Origin: Desulfatiglandales bacterium
Lineage (GTDB): Bacteria; Desulfobacterota; DSM-4660; Desulfatiglandales; Desulfatiglandaceae
NCBI GenBank assembly: GCA_963662465.1
Contig: OY759599.1
Location: forward strand, 1,600,001 to 1,664,000
Length of the DNA stretch: 64,000 nucleotides
Reading direction: 5' to 3'
Shown here: positions 48,451 to 60,027 of the stretch, piece after piece
How positions within the stretch are numbered: the first letter of the stretch is position 1
How the letters are laid out: every line of letters starts with the position of its first letter
Notes under the pieces: generated by a model
The model's input: the letters and a program-made list of their open reading frames with translations, nothing else
What the model was told of the DNA's origin: nothing
Database searches by the model: none
Program-made: the position numbers and the translations under genes

Positions 48451-51282
48451 ATGAAAAAAATGGTAAAACAAAAAATCGGTATCCAGAATTTCCTGGTCAG
48501 ACACATGGTGCTGACCGCGGCCATTTCTTTCTGTCTGGTGCTTTTTATCTGGATTTCCAACGAATATGCATTTTTCCTGACGAAATCCAAACTGTTGCGG
48601 GAGGAATATTTGACATCTCAAAAGGGGATGCTCAAAAGCGAAGTCAATAATGTGGTCGAGTATATTAACTATATGAAATCACAGATTGAAATAAATCTCA
48701 AATCCGAGTTGCGGGGACGTGTTTATGAGGCCGTCGCCATAGCGGAGAATATTTACCGGGAGAACGTAGGCGCCAAGCCCATTGACGACATAAAAAAAAT
48801 GATCAAAGACGCTCTCAGGCCCATACGGTTTCTTAATGGGCGGGGATATTACTTTGCATTCTCGATGGATGGCATCGAAACGCTTTTTTCCGACCGGCCG
48901 GAAATGGAAGGGGTGAATATGCTTCCCGTTCAAGGGGCCAAGGGTGAATATGTGGTCAAGGACATGATCGAGATGGTCCAAAATCAGCGGGAAGGGTTCT
49001 ATCAATACACCTGGACAAAACCGTCGCAACAGGGAAAGGATTTTTTAAAAATTGCGTTTGTAAAATATTTTAAACCCCTTGACTGGTCCATTGGAACCGG
49101 AGAATACCTCAAAGATTTCACCGAACAAATCCAGGATTTGGTGCTCAAGAGAATCGTGAGCCTGAGATTCGGGGATGAAGGGTATTTTTTCGGCAGCATG
49201 GAGGACGGGTATCCCTTGTTCACCAATGGGAAAATCACCCGGGGTGGCGCCCGCATCTGGGATATAGAGGATGCGGCGGGCGAAAAAATCATTCAAAAGC
49301 AGCAGAAGGTTTCCAAAACTTCACAGGGCGGATTTGTTGAATATGTCTGGCATAAATTGGGTGCGAAGAATCCATCACCCAAGATTTCATACGTCCGCAG
49401 CATCCCCGGATGGGGTTGGACCATTGGCGCCGGTGTGTACGTTGATACCGTTGAAGAAATTATTGCCAAAAACGAAGCCGTGCTGAAACGGGAGCTCATC
49501 AAGAAAGTGGCTGCCAGTACAGCGGTTCTGACGATTTTGATTGTTCTGCTCTGGTTTTGGGCGAAATACGTGGGAGGTAAAACCCGAAAGAGCATTAAGA
49601 CGTTTGAATCCTTCTTTAACAGAGCGACCAGCGAGTCCGTCACCATACCGACCGGGGAGATGCCCTTTCGGGAATTATCCCGCATTGCCGATTCCGCAAA
49701 CCACATGATCAAGACACAGAAACAGACGGAGAAAGCCCTTCGGGAGAGTGAAGAAAAATTCAGGTTGATTTCCGAACAATCGTTGCTGGCAATCGGCATT
49801 CTTCAGGACGGGTATGTCAAATATGCCAACGAAATGTATTCAACGATGACCGGATATTCCCTTGAAGAGATCAATCACTGGGAACCGTACGGGTATGCCA
49901 TAACCATTCACCATGACGATCTTCCGTTCGTCATGGCGCAGGCCGAAAAAAAGCAGGCGGGTGAAACTGACGTGTCAACCCATTACCGATTCAGGGGGGT
50001 TACAAAGGACAAAAACATGACCTGGTGGGATCTTTATTCAAAAACCATCGCCTACCATGGAAAGCCCGCGGATCTTTTTGCCATCATTGATATTACGGAG
50101 CGGGAAAAATCAGAAGCAGAGCGAAAAGCCCTTCAAAAACAACTGCAACATGCTCAGAAAATGGAAGCCATCGGAACACTGGCCGGTGGTGTTGCCCATG
50201 ATTTTAACAACCTGCTGACGGGGATACAGGGACGTGCTTCACTGGTATTGATGGATAAGGATGCTTCCCATCCGGATTTTGAACACCTGACAGCCATTGA
50301 GGCTCACGTCAGGAGCGCCGCCGGCCTGACCCGACAGCTCCTGGGGTTTGCCAGAGGGGGGAAATATGAGGTCAAGCCGACGGATTTAAATGCGCTCATT
50401 CAGAAAGAGACGGAAATGTTCGGTCGCACCCGAAAGGAGCTCAGTATCCATGAAAAATATGAAAACGAGCTCTGGACCGTGTCCGTTGACCGGGGGCAAA
50501 TGGCGCAAGTTTTTTTAAATCTCTATGTGAATGCATGGCAGGCCATGGGCGCCGGCGGTGAACTCCGTATTGAGACACAAAATGTTACCTTGCATGAAGA
50601 CAAAACAGAACCGCATGACGTTAAACCCGGCAGGTATGTTCAAATAGCCGTATCAGATACGGGGGTTGGAATGAATAAAGCAACCCTGGAAAAAATTTTC
50701 GACCCTTTCTTTACCACCAAGGAGATGGGGAGAGGTACGGGTCTGGGGTTGGCCTCCGTATACGGCATCGTCAAGAATCATGGTGGATTCATAGATGTTG
50801 ACAGCAAAGAAGGACATGGCAGCACTTTTACAATTTGTTTGCCCGCTTCACATGAGGTGGTTATAAAAGATAAAATGTCGCCGGTAGAGCTGCTACGAGG
50901 CTCTGAAACAGTTCTTTTTGTAGATGATGAGGAGATCCTCACGGAATTTGCGGAAGATCTGCTCAGTCGATTGGGTTACACGGTTCTGATCGCCAAAAGT
51001 GGAAAAGAAGCCGTCAGAATATATGATGATAACAGGGAGAGCATCGACATTGTGTTGTTGGATATGATTATGCCGAATATGGGCGGTGGCGAAACCTACG
51101 AACACCTGAAAAGGATGGATTCCAAGGTCAAGGTCCTCCTTTCCAGCGGATACAGCATTGATGGTCAGGCCACCGCCATATTGAACAGGGGCTGTAATGG
51201 CTTTATCCAAAAACCCTTCAACATCCAAACACTGTCGGAAAAACTGAGGGAAATTCTGGATGCGAAACCGGAATGTTTGTAG
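48451..51282 (+). CDS. Hybrid sensor histidine kinase (tandem Cache_2, PAS, HisKA, HATPase, REC)
   Basis: [41 protein letters not shown]; start moved past the MITE. Confidence 0.9.
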   Translation: MKKMVKQKIGIQNFLVRHMVLTAAISFCLVLFIWISNEYAFFLTKSKLLREEYLTSQKGMLKSEVNNVVEYINYMKSQIEINLKSELRGRVYEAVAIAENIYRENVGAKPIDDIKKMIKDALRPIRFLNGRGYYFAFSMDGIETLFSDRPEMEGVNMLPVQGAKGEYVVKDMIEMVQNQREGFYQYTWTKPSQQGKDFLKIAFVKYFKPLDWSIGTGEYLKDFTEQIQDLVLKRIVSLRFGDEGYFFGSMEDGYPLFTNGKITRGGARIWDIEDAAGEKIIQKQQKVSKTSQGGFVEYVWHKLGAKNPSPKISYVRSIPGWGWTIGAGVYVDTVEEIIAKNEAVLKRELIKKVAASTAVLTILIVLLWFWAKYVGGKTRKSIKTFESFFNRATSESVTIPTGEMPFRELSRIADSANHMIKTQKQTEKALRESEEKFRLISEQSLLAIGILQDGYVKYANEMYSTMTGYSLEEINHWEPYGYAITIHHDDLPFVMAQAEKKQAGETDVSTHYRFRGVTKDKNMTWWDLYSKTIAYHGKPADLFAIIDITEREKSEAERKALQKQLQHAQKMEAIGTLAGGVAHDFNNLLTGIQGRASLVLMDKDASHPDFEHLTAIEAHVRSAAGLTRQLLGFARGGKYEVKPTDLNALIQKETEMFGRTRKELSIHEKYENELWTVSVDRGQMAQVFLNLYVNAWQAMGAGGELRIETQNVTLHEDKTEPHDVKPGRYVQIAVSDTGVGMNKATLEKIFDPFFTTKEMGRGTGLGLASVYGIVKNHGGFIDVDSKEGHGSTFTICLPASHEVVIKDKMSPVELLRGSETVLFVDDEEILTEFAEDLLSRLGYTVLIAKSGKEAVRIYDDNRESIDIVLLDMIMPNMGGGETYEHLKRMDSKVKVLLSSGYSIDGQATAILNRGCNGFIQKPFNIQTLSEKLREILDAKPECL

Positions 51283-51297
51283 TTGTAATTTTTCTGG

Positions 51298-53877
51298 TTA
51301 TTTGAATTTTGTATTTTCTTCCTTCTTCAAAGCCTCTCTGATTTTACGTCCCAATTCGTTCATGGAAAAAGGTTTCTCGATGAAGTTTACGCCCTCATCG
51401 AGAATACCCTGGTGGGCGATAACATTTGCGGTGTAACCCGACATGAAAAGGGTCTGAATGTCAGGGTGGATCTCAGTTATTTGCCCGGCCAGATCTTTCC
51501 CGCTCATCTGGGGCATCACCACATCGGTCATCAGTAAATGAATCCGGGTTGTATGCTCCCTCACCATCTCGATGGCTTCATCCGGCTTGGTTGTCGGGAA
51601 CACGCCATATCCCAGCCTTTCGAGCATCATTTTGCTCAAATTGAGAACACCGGCATCGTCCTCCACCAGCAAAATGGTTTCCCCATGACCTTTGGCGATC
51701 TTTTCAGGACGGCCTGACTCATTTTGCGTCATGTCGCCATGGTATCTGGGGATGTATATTTTGAAGGTCGTTCCTTTTCTCGGTTCGCTATAGACATTCG
51801 TGAAACCACCATTCTGTTTGAGAATGCCGTAAATGGTGGAAAGTCCCAACCCGGTCCCTTTTCCAACCTCTTTGGTGGTAAAAAAGGGTTCAAATATCTG
51901 TTCCAGTGTGGCCTTGTCCATGCCGGAACCGTCATCGCTCAGGGCCAGCATGGCATATTGGCCGGGTAAAAACTCTGTATGGGTTGAACAATAGTCTTTA
52001 TCCATGACCACATTCCTGGTTTCGATGGTCAATTTCCCTACATCCTCAATTGCGTCCCTTGCATTGACACAGAGATTGGCTAGTACCTGATCGACTTGAG
52101 CGGGGTCCATCTTAATCGTCCATAGATTCGGTCCGGGGCGCCATATCAGTTCGATGTTTTCACCGATGAGACGCCTCAGCATTTTGAGCATTCCCTCAAC
52201 CGTGTCATTCAGGTCAAGCAGTTTGGGGGAGATGGTTTGTTTCCTGGCAAAGGCCAAAAGCTGACGCGTCAGCGCTGCCGAACGGTTGGCGGCATTAAGG
52301 ATCTGCTCAAGCTCCCCATGATGGGAATCCTCAGGATTTATATCTTCAAGCATCATTTGTGTGTAGCCCTGAATGACGGCGAGATTGTTATTGAAATCGT
52401 GAGCCACCCCTCCCGCGAGCCTGCCGACGGATTCCATTTTCTGGGCCTGTAAGAGCTGTGCCTGAAGTCTTTCACGTTCTGCTTCGCTCTGTTTTCGATA
52501 GGTGATATCCACGGCGTTGGAGAGAAGGCGCCTTTTTCCCTCATATTCAATGGTTTCACCGGAAAACAGACAGGTACGTTTTGAACCATCCGCGCATGTG
52601 AGTTGAATTTCCAGATCTTTGATCCGTCTCTCAGGGTTTAAAAGATTCAGAAGTTTCTGACGGTCTTCAACCGCAATCAATCCCAGCTCCGTAGAAGTCC
52701 TGCCGATGACTTCTTTACGGGTGTACCCCGTAGCACGAACAAATGCCTCGTTGACTTCAAGATAACAACCGTTTTCAAGGGCGGTTATGGCCATGAGCAA
52801 CGGTGCATTCCGGAATGCCTTTGAGAATTTTTCCTCGGATGCCCGCAGTATCTTTTCATCCTTATGCCGGTCCGTGACATTTCTCGCAATTTCAACGGCG
52901 CCCATCACCCGGCCGGATTCGTCTTTGACCGGTACGCAATAATCCTCCCAATAGGATTCTCCAATTCCCTTCATGTGGGGCTGATACATGGTCTTATGGC
53001 TTGGTTTTCCTGAAATAAAGGCTTCGAGGGTCGGACAGCCCGGACAGGGGCTGTCGGAGTTCTGGAATAGTTGATGGCAGGTGTGCCCGATCAAATCATC
53101 GGGATGCCGGTCGATTATTCCGGCGGCTGTTTTGTTTGCCCAGATTATTTTCAATTCCGCATCCACCAGTATGATCACATCAATGGACGCATCAAGAATG
53201 GCTTGTTTTTCCGATTCATTATAATTGAGGTTTTCGACCAGCTCACGGTACTTGTTTTCACTTTCTTTCAGCTTGTCGAGCAGGCTTTCTTTTTCACGAA
53301 CACTTCGATTCAGTTCGAGGTTTTTATACCCCAATTCTGAAATGAGCCCGGCAAATTTGGTGTAAAAGTCCATTACTGTATTGACGGTTTGCCGGCTCCA
53401 TCTAGGCACCTTTTCAAGTGCCTCAATATAGAGATCTTCTTCGAAACCAAATTTTTGAGCCTGGAGACGAAATGTCTCGACATTGACCGACTCGTCCTCA
53501 AAGAGAAACTGCCCCAGATAAAGGTTCCCTATTTTATGCCCCCCCACAGCAATCGGGGTCGCCATGTCCAGCATATTGTTTTTGCAGCGATATAATTTGA
53601 AGTTCCCTGGTTCGATACCCTTCGAAAGCTCAAGATCGCTTTCCATACAGTTTTTTAATGTTTCAGGGTGGACACGGTGAAATTTTATGCAGATATCCTG
53701 CCACCCCTTTGCAACAAGCACTTTCCCCTCAAGGTCCAGGATGGCGATGCCAATATTTGTAAGGTCATAAAAATCATCCATCAACGATTGGATTGCTTTC
53801 ACATCAATAATGGATTCGAATTTCAGGTTTTTAAGGAATTCTTCAGAGTTCGGTTTTTCAATCATGCCCATTACCAA
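51298..53877 (-). CDS. Hybrid histidine kinase with PocR ligand-binding and two PAS domains
   Basis: GWQDICIKFHR..C..SD..YRCKNN..ATPI (PocR); [13 protein letters not shown]. Confidence 0.9.
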   Translation of the reverse strand: MVMGMIEKPNSEEFLKNLKFESIIDVKAIQSLMDDFYDLTNIGIAILDLEGKVLVAKGWQDICIKFHRVHPETLKNCMESDLELSKGIEPGNFKLYRCKNNMLDMATPIAVGGHKIGNLYLGQFLFEDESVNVETFRLQAQKFGFEEDLYIEALEKVPRWSRQTVNTVMDFYTKFAGLISELGYKNLELNRSVREKESLLDKLKESENKYRELVENLNYNESEKQAILDASIDVIILVDAELKIIWANKTAAGIIDRHPDDLIGHTCHQLFQNSDSPCPGCPTLEAFISGKPSHKTMYQPHMKGIGESYWEDYCVPVKDESGRVMGAVEIARNVTDRHKDEKILRASEEKFSKAFRNAPLLMAITALENGCYLEVNEAFVRATGYTRKEVIGRTSTELGLIAVEDRQKLLNLLNPERRIKDLEIQLTCADGSKRTCLFSGETIEYEGKRRLLSNAVDITYRKQSEAERERLQAQLLQAQKMESVGRLAGGVAHDFNNNLAVIQGYTQMMLEDINPEDSHHGELEQILNAANRSAALTRQLLAFARKQTISPKLLDLNDTVEGMLKMLRRLIGENIELIWRPGPNLWTIKMDPAQVDQVLANLCVNARDAIEDVGKLTIETRNVVMDKDYCSTHTEFLPGQYAMLALSDDGSGMDKATLEQIFEPFFTTKEVGKGTGLGLSTIYGILKQNGGFTNVYSEPRKGTTFKIYIPRYHGDMTQNESGRPEKIAKGHGETILLVEDDAGVLNLSKMMLERLGYGVFPTTKPDEAIEMVREHTTRIHLLMTDVVMPQMSGKDLAGQITEIHPDIQTLFMSGYTANVIAHQGILDEGVNFIEKPFSMNELGRKIREALKKEENTKFK

Positions 53878-53885
53878 ATTCGTTT

Positions 53886-55511
53886 TTAAAGATTGCTTCT
53901 GACGCCTTGCGACTTGCGACTAACCCCTTTCGGCAAAAGGCACCGAGCAGCTACACCCATCTCCCCAGATACTCTTTTATTCACCGTTGGATCAATCCGG
54001 CAAACGTGGGGAAGCCTCGGTGCGAAACGGTCCGCATCATCCAAGATCGGTTTTCCCACGGATCGGGCGATACCTCTCAACATCCCTCTAAAAACTACCT
54101 GGTGGAAGGGATAGAGAATATACCAGTAAGCAATTCCACCAATCCCTTTGGGCAAAAACCGGGAGAGTTGCTGAAGTTCCGTACCCCCTTCCGGTAATGC
54201 ATAGAGCCGGTATTCCAGGACGGCCTCGCCGGGGATCTTCATTTCCGAAAGCAGAGAGAGGAATTCATTTTCCCGCACATCGAGAACACGGAAGAAATCC
54301 ACCGGGTCTCCCGGCCGGAGCAGCACCGGATCGAGACGACCCCGCCTGAGACCCATGCCACCCGCCAGTCGATCCATGAGGCCCCGCAACGCCCACAAAA
54401 ATTTGGATGAATACCAGCCACGTCTTCCACCGATACGGACGATGCTTCCCCATGCCTCGCGGGGCTCTGCAGAAAGCGAAATCCGGTATCCCGACTCCAG
54501 GACGGTCCCGCCCGCGTATGGGACATCTCCACATTGGGCCCATTCCGGATAGTCGATGGGGCCGGCATCGGCCCAGCAGGTTTCAACACATTTTTCCTTT
54601 ACCTTCCCCAGGGCCAGTCGAAAGGTTTCCCGGCAGTCCTGGAGATCCTGGGGAATGATGGAACGGATGCGGTTTTCCCGGCAGATAACGGGGTTTCGAA
54701 GCCCTTCCGCCAAGGGTTTGGCAATATGGGAAGGGACGGGGGTCACCAGATGAACCCAGTAGGAACTGAGTCGGGGGGTGAGTACGGGCACGCCAATGAT
54801 CCACCGCTTTTTCAAACCGGCCACCTCTGCGTATGTTTGTATGAGCTCCCGGTAGGTCAAAATATCCGGACCGCCGATATCAAAGGTGCCGCCAAGGGTC
54901 TCATCATGCTCAAGACAGCCTTTCAGGTAACCCAGGACATTGCTGATGGCAATGGGTTGTACTTGATTTTGAACCCAGCGGGGTGTGATCATGACCGGCA
55001 GCCGTTCGGTGAGATATCGCATCATTTCAAAAGAGGCGCTTCCCGATCCCAGGATCATGGCCGCCCTTAAGAAAGTGGTCGGAACATCACCGGATTGGAG
55101 GATGTTGGCCACTTCCGTGCGGGAACGCAAATGCTTGCTCAAGGTCTTGCTCTCGACCCCGAGCCCCCCCAGATAAATGATCCGTTCCAGCCCCCCGTGT
55201 GACGCAGCGCGCGCCATATTCCGGGCCGCATTGCGGTCGGCTTCGGCAAAATCCTTGTGCCGGGGGTTCATGGAATGGACCAGATAAAAGGCCGCCCAAC
55301 ACCCTTGGGCCGCTTTTTCCAGGGAGGCATAATCCAGAAAATCGCCTTTGGCCATCTCGATATTTTTATGTCTCGCCCAGGGCCGCGAACTAAGTTTCTT
55401 AAGGGATCGGCCCAGTACGCGAACGCGATACCCGGCATCCAGCAGAAGGGGGACAAGCCTTCCCCCGACATACCCCGTGCCCCCGCTGACCAGAACCGGC
55501 TCACTTCGCAT
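53886..55511 (-). CDS. Atypical SDR oxidoreductase with DUF2867 (YbjT-like)
   Basis: GGTGYVG, YLVHSM, SKHLRSR, GSGSASFEM, YWYILYPFH. Confidence 0.88.
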   Translation of the reverse strand: MRSEPVLVSGGTGYVGGRLVPLLLDAGYRVRVLGRSLKKLSSRPWARHKNIEMAKGDFLDYASLEKAAQGCWAAFYLVHSMNPRHKDFAEADRNAARNMARAASHGGLERIIYLGGLGVESKTLSKHLRSRTEVANILQSGDVPTTFLRAAMILGSGSASFEMMRYLTERLPVMITPRWVQNQVQPIAISNVLGYLKGCLEHDETLGGTFDIGGPDILTYRELIQTYAEVAGLKKRWIIGVPVLTPRLSSYWVHLVTPVPSHIAKPLAEGLRNPVICRENRIRSIIPQDLQDCRETFRLALGKVKEKCVETCWADAGPIDYPEWAQCGDVPYAGGTVLESGYRISLSAEPREAWGSIVRIGGRRGWYSSKFLWALRGLMDRLAGGMGLRRGRLDPVLLRPGDPVDFFRVLDVRENEFLSLLSEMKIPGEAVLEYRLYALPEGGTELQQLSRFLPKGIGGIAYWYILYPFHQVVFRGMLRGIARSVGKPILDDADRFAPRLPHVCRIDPTVNKRVSGEMGVAARCLLPKGVSRKSQGVRSNL

Positions 55512-55581
55512 ATGAAATACCTCCTTTATCTTTCAATTGTTTTTCCCCATGGGATAATTTCATGCTCACTCAAAACAAAAC

Positions 55582-57762
55582 CTATGGGGTTGTATCCGTT
55601 TTGATGGTCACGATTCCCAGATAGCCGTCTACCGTGATCCGGTCTCCGGTTTTAATCAGGGTCGTGGCGTCGGGAACACCTGTTACGCAGGGAAGGCCGT
55701 ACTCCCGCGCAATGATGGCACCGTGAATCAACATGCCGCCACGGCGCTCCACAATGCCGTTTGAGAGCGGCACAACGAAGGTCATGGCGGGATCGATGGC
55801 ATCGCATACCAGTATTTCCCCAGACTGAAATCCGGTAAGATCCGACGCTTTCCATATGACCCGGGCCGGACCTTCACCGAGCCCGGGGCCCGCGGGCTGT
55901 CCGGTCAACTGGCGAGGCCTGAAATTAACATTTTCGTCTTTCGCCGTGGCGTGTACGGCAGAGTGGGGAACATAGGCTTTTTTCTTAGCCCTTGAAATCA
56001 GATCCTCGAAAGAACGTCGGTCCTTCTCCTCAGACGAATCGTCAGCCAGGCGTTTCTCGGCCAAAGCAACGACCTCGTCCAGCGCCGATTCGATCCTGCC
56101 CAGATAAATGTTGTCGTCATCCCTCAGTCGATAACTGGCCCTGGCCAGATCGAGTATTTCCGCGGCTTCCGCTCTTTTCTTCCCCTGGAAACGGGACAGA
56201 AACGATTCCGTGAGGGCGGAAATATCCTTTCGTGCCACGGCGGTCCTATGGGCGGAAGCCATACGCAGCAGGATGCCGCACACGTGAGTCCGGCACTCGG
56301 ACAAAGAAGTCCCCAGGCAGATGACTTGTCCGTATTCAGAGATAAAATCGTCCATCCGCTTTAGAAAAGAGGCCTCCGCATTTTTAAGATCACCCGCCTC
56401 CAGCAATTGCCGAAGTTGAGAATTTTCTCGAATGCCCCGGGCCAGATCTTCAAGCAAACGGTTTCGCTTGAGGCTTTCCATTTCAGTCGCCGCCAGGAGG
56501 CCCATGAACTCGTAAGGGTCCGAAGGGTGTACGGCATCGTTATAGACCTGTCCGAAAAGTCGGGCGCCGTGTGCGAAGGGAATGAAATCGTGCCAATAGG
56601 TTTCCACCCATTTCTGGTGGAGATGGCTTCGCCCCGCCACTTCACGTGCGAGCGCTTCCATGGAAAGGATTTCCAGGTTCTCGGATTCCAAACGGGATGC
56701 ATCTTCCATCAAGGCCGGGATCAGCTTATTTTCTATTTTTTTCCGAAGGGCCTTGAGATTGTCGAAACTCCTGCTCAAGCTCAAATACCAGGACCGATCA
56801 TCCCCTGTTTCACCCCCTTTTTCCGTGGTGATGGGCCGCGATTGAAGCAGGCAGAGGGTCTTTTCACGAAAGGTCCATTCCACGTCCTGGGGGCTTTCAA
56901 AATGGTTTTCCGCGTCCATGGCCAACCGATATACCGCATCCACCTCCCCGTCCTTCAAGGGAGGGTGTGGGGCCATGTGTGAAGGAAGACTCTCCAGGGC
57001 GGCACCCTCTTTGGTGGGGACAACCCAGGAATCTCTCTCGGGTGCTGTGTGCGAGAGAATATTCCCCGAGATCCTGTCCAGTATCCAGCGGTCAGGTTCC
57101 ACGCTGCCATCCACCATGCCCTGGTTCAAGCCGTACACCGATTCAACAATCGATTGAGATGGTTCCATGGGACTTCGACAGAAAGCGACACCCGAGCGAT
57201 CCCCAAAGACCATCTCCTGTATCACCACGGCCATGGTGCTCTTTTCAGGATCGAGCCCCAGCTCCTTTCGGTAGAGCAGGGCGGCATCGGACCAGAGGGA
57301 CGCCCACACTTTTAGAACATGTTCCAGTATGGCGTCCAGATTGCGCACGTTCACATAGGAGTCGTGAAGCCCGGCGAAAGACGCCTTTTTTGAGTCTTCC
57401 CCGGGAGACGATGACCGAACCGCCACGGGCATGTTTAAAAAAAACGCGGCGATCATATCTTCGAGGGTATCTTTAAGAGGCAACGGCATGGGGGTCGTCA
57501 GGAACAGGTTTCGAATGCGAAGAGATGCATCCCACATTTCTTCCCACCGCATGTCACGAAAGGCTTTCCGATGGATTTCCATCAGGATTCGCTCACGAAT
57601 GCCGGTGGATGCGACATAATGATCATAAGCGTCGGAGGTGACACACAGGGCTTTCGGAACATTGAATCCGGCTTTCCATGAGGATGCCAGGGCAAACGCT
57701 TTTCCTCCGACCTTGTGTCGGTCTGTGTTCCGAATGCTTTCTATGGGAAGAATCAATGTCAT
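55582..57762 (-). CDS. PEP-synthase-like ATP-grasp/His-swivel phosphotransferase (RPH/PigC-type architecture)
   Basis: VGGKA, AVRSSSPGED..SFAG, QDVEW, LLQSRPIT; C-terminal GGMLIHGAIIAREYGLPCV; no pyruvate-binding barrel. Confidence 0.85.
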   Translation of the reverse strand: MTLILPIESIRNTDRHKVGGKAFALASSWKAGFNVPKALCVTSDAYDHYVASTGIRERILMEIHRKAFRDMRWEEMWDASLRIRNLFLTTPMPLPLKDTLEDMIAAFFLNMPVAVRSSSPGEDSKKASFAGLHDSYVNVRNLDAILEHVLKVWASLWSDAALLYRKELGLDPEKSTMAVVIQEMVFGDRSGVAFCRSPMEPSQSIVESVYGLNQGMVDGSVEPDRWILDRISGNILSHTAPERDSWVVPTKEGAALESLPSHMAPHPPLKDGEVDAVYRLAMDAENHFESPQDVEWTFREKTLCLLQSRPITTEKGGETGDDRSWYLSLSRSFDNLKALRKKIENKLIPALMEDASRLESENLEILSMEALAREVAGRSHLHQKWVETYWHDFIPFAHGARLFGQVYNDAVHPSDPYEFMGLLAATEMESLKRNRLLEDLARGIRENSQLRQLLEAGDLKNAEASFLKRMDDFISEYGQVICLGTSLSECRTHVCGILLRMASAHRTAVARKDISALTESFLSRFQGKKRAEAAEILDLARASYRLRDDDNIYLGRIESALDEVVALAEKRLADDSSEEKDRRSFEDLISRAKKKAYVPHSAVHATAKDENVNFRPRQLTGQPAGPGLGEGPARVIWKASDLTGFQSGEILVCDAIDPAMTFVVPLSNGIVERRGGMLIHGAIIAREYGLPCVTGVPDATTLIKTGDRITVDGYLGIVTIKTDTTP

Positions 57763-58211
57763 GGCGGCATATGGATTTCAACAACGTTTTGGAACCGTCT
57801 CACCAGGTAATAGACCTCTACGGTCAACCTTAGAAAAGCACAACTGGGCGAATTGACGAACTCCTTCAGGTACGGGTGTTTTTTTAGATAGGGGAGCAAG
57901 GCCTCGGCTCTTTCGGCGTCGGAGATCTCCTTCACAAAGCCCGTAGCCGTAACGGCCATGGCCGAGTGAATATCCGTTTCTTCATTGGAACGGTTGTCTA
58001 TCAGTATGGCTGCTCGTTTGTCCGAGGTCAGGTTGGCGTATTTCCGGGTGGATCGGGTGGTGGCAAACAGGAGTTGTGACAACAGAGCATTGGATGCAAA
58101 AGAGACGAGGCTGGCGTAAGGTTGACCGGCATTGTGTGTGGACAAAACGGCCAGCTTCTGGCTGTTCAGGAGATGGGTCAATTCGTTTAATAAGCCGTCT
58201 CTTTCTTTCAT
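57759..58211 (-). CDS. Pyridoxamine 5'-phosphate oxidase-like FMN-binding protein
   Basis: LAVLST..PYASLV..FATTRSTRKYANL. Confidence 0.85.
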   Translation of the reverse strand: MKERDGLLNELTHLLNSQKLAVLSTHNAGQPYASLVSFASNALLSQLLFATTRSTRKYANLTSDKRAAILIDNRSNEETDIHSAMAVTATGFVKEISDAERAEALLPYLKKHPYLKEFVNSPSCAFLRLTVEVYYLVRRFQNVVEIHMPP

Positions 58212-58654
58212 GCGCCTCCTGTTGCAGCATACCTCAATTTTAAGAAATAAGGCTTTAATAAAAACTCGTTACCCATTACCACAATTATCATTTTCAACAG
58301 TGAAATGCAAGGATGCTGTGCAGGGCAAATTTGTTCTATTTGTAAACCTTTGATATCAAAACCTTATGAAGGACACATCAATTCAAACAAATCAATGGAT
58401 TAGCGTTAGAACAAATTCACCGTGGGATGCTGTGGGCGGGCCACCAAAAAAATGCTTCAGCAGGCGCAATGAATCATGAGATCAATTTTGAAAAATACTT
58501 GTACGATGGTTGACAATACCTATTCTTACTTCTATATTTTGATGAAGCATTTTTGGATTAAAATAAAATGCGAAGGGATAAGGTGGCTTGACTCATTGGT
58601 CGAATTACTCAAAACAGCATTCGTGTAATGCGCAATCCAAAAAAGGAGAAGAAA

Positions 58655-58807
58655 ATGGCCGAACAAGGATTTGTATGGGTAAAGGACAAGGCGGGAAACG
58701 AGTTCGTATGTCACGTAAATGATCTAAAGGACCCCAAGAATGTTAGTGAAGATGATCTCAAAAACTGCTTGGATGACGCCACCATGGGTGTCAACATCGG
58801 TGACTAA
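58655..58807 (+). CDS. Small 50-aa acidic protein with two Cys (below the length of the ORFs in the supplied track)
   Basis: AAGGAG RBS; MAEQGFVWVKDKAGNEFVCHVNDLKDPKNVSEDDLKNCLDDATMGVNIGD; followed by a terminator. Confidence 0.75.
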   Translation: MAEQGFVWVKDKAGNEFVCHVNDLKDPKNVSEDDLKNCLDDATMGVNIGD

Positions 58808-58850
58808 AAACAGGATTGACTCAATCTAAACGCATCAATGATAAAATCGA

Positions 58851-58887
58851 AAAAAAGGCCGTGGAAAATAATCCATGGCCTTTTTTG
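58851..58887 (+). terminator. Intrinsic (bidirectional-type) terminator
   Basis: AAAAAAGGCCGTGGA-loop-TCCATGGCCTTTTTT. Confidence 0.8.
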
Positions 58888-59044
58888 TATCACCTTTCAA
58901 TCCAAGCCTGGGGGACATCTAATTTTTTAATCGCCTTACCCCAGTATCCAATTTTTTTTCTTATGCCGTTTATGGTTTTTTATTTGCTCCCGGAAAGTAT
59001 TCCTGTATGCTTGTTGTCCAAGCCAATTGAACAGGGAGTTCATC

Positions 59045-59992
59045 ATGGAAAAGATTCGCATAGGTGTCAGCACATGTCTTCTTGGGGAGTCCGTTCGGTA
59101 TGACGGCGGGCATGCCCGCGACCGGTATGTAACGGATACGCTGGGGCAATACACGGAATTTATGTCCGTCTGTCCCGAAATGGAGGCGGGTTTGGGACTG
59201 CCCCGCGAGCCGATTCGCCTGGTGGGAGACCCGGAATCCCCCCGCGTCGTCACCATCAACACCAACAAAGACCTCACGGAAACCATGACCACCTGGGCAC
59301 AGCAGCGGGTAAGGGAACTTGAAAAGGAAGACTTTTGCGGTTTTATTTTCAAAAGTAAATCCCCCAGCAGCGGCATGGAGCGGGTGAAAGTCTATACGGA
59401 AAAAGGGATGCCGGTTAAAAAAGGCGTGGGTGTTTTTGCCAAGGCCTTTATGGAACATTTTCCGCTTATTCCGGTGGAAGAAGATGGAAGGCTTCATGAT
59501 CCCCATCTGCGGGAGAATTTCATTGAACGGATCTTTACTCTGAACCGGTGGCGGCAAATGCTGAAGGAGAAACCGAGTGCCGGAACACTTGTAAAATTTC
59601 ATACCCGGCACAAATTACTGCTCCTTTCCCACAGCACGAAGCTTTACCGGGAGATGGGAAAACTGGTGGCGGAAACCAAAGGGAAACAGATATCCGAAAT
59701 CTTTGACCGTTACGAGTCCCTGCTCATGGAAGCTCTGCGGTTAAAGGCCACGAACAAAAAACACACCAATGTACTGCATCACATGATGGGGTATTTTAAA
59801 AAACAGCTCACCCCGGACGAGAAGCAGGAACTTTTGGAAGTGATCGATGACTTTTATAACGGCCTTGTCCCCCTTATCGTCCCGGTGACACTCTTTAAGC
59901 ATTACGTGAGAAAATATGAACAATCCTATTTGAAAGATCAGTTCTACCTCTCACCCCATCCCATGGAGCTCAAACTTCGAAACCGTGTTTGA
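59045..59992 (+). CDS. DUF523/DUF1722 protein (YbgA family)
   Basis: GVSTCLLGESVRYDGGH, CPEMEAGLG.PRE, KSPSSG, EEDGRL, H.KLLLLSH, HMMGYFKK. Confidence 0.9.
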   Translation: MEKIRIGVSTCLLGESVRYDGGHARDRYVTDTLGQYTEFMSVCPEMEAGLGLPREPIRLVGDPESPRVVTINTNKDLTETMTTWAQQRVRELEKEDFCGFIFKSKSPSSGMERVKVYTEKGMPVKKGVGVFAKAFMEHFPLIPVEEDGRLHDPHLRENFIERIFTLNRWRQMLKEKPSAGTLVKFHTRHKLLLLSHSTKLYREMGKLVAETKGKQISEIFDRYESLLMEALRLKATNKKHTNVLHHMMGYFKKQLTPDEKQELLEVIDDFYNGLVPLIVPVTLFKHYVRKYEQSYLKDQFYLSPHPMELKLRNRV

Positions 59993-60027
59993 ATTTTTGA
60001 AAGGCAAACTTTGCAAGGAGGTGTTTT

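Noticed and set aside
12552..59611. Numerous long antisense or overlapping ORFs (e.g. 12552-13244, 23551-24330, 30291-30992, 58970-59611)
   Set aside because: Shadow frames of well-supported GC-rich genes, with no motifs of their own
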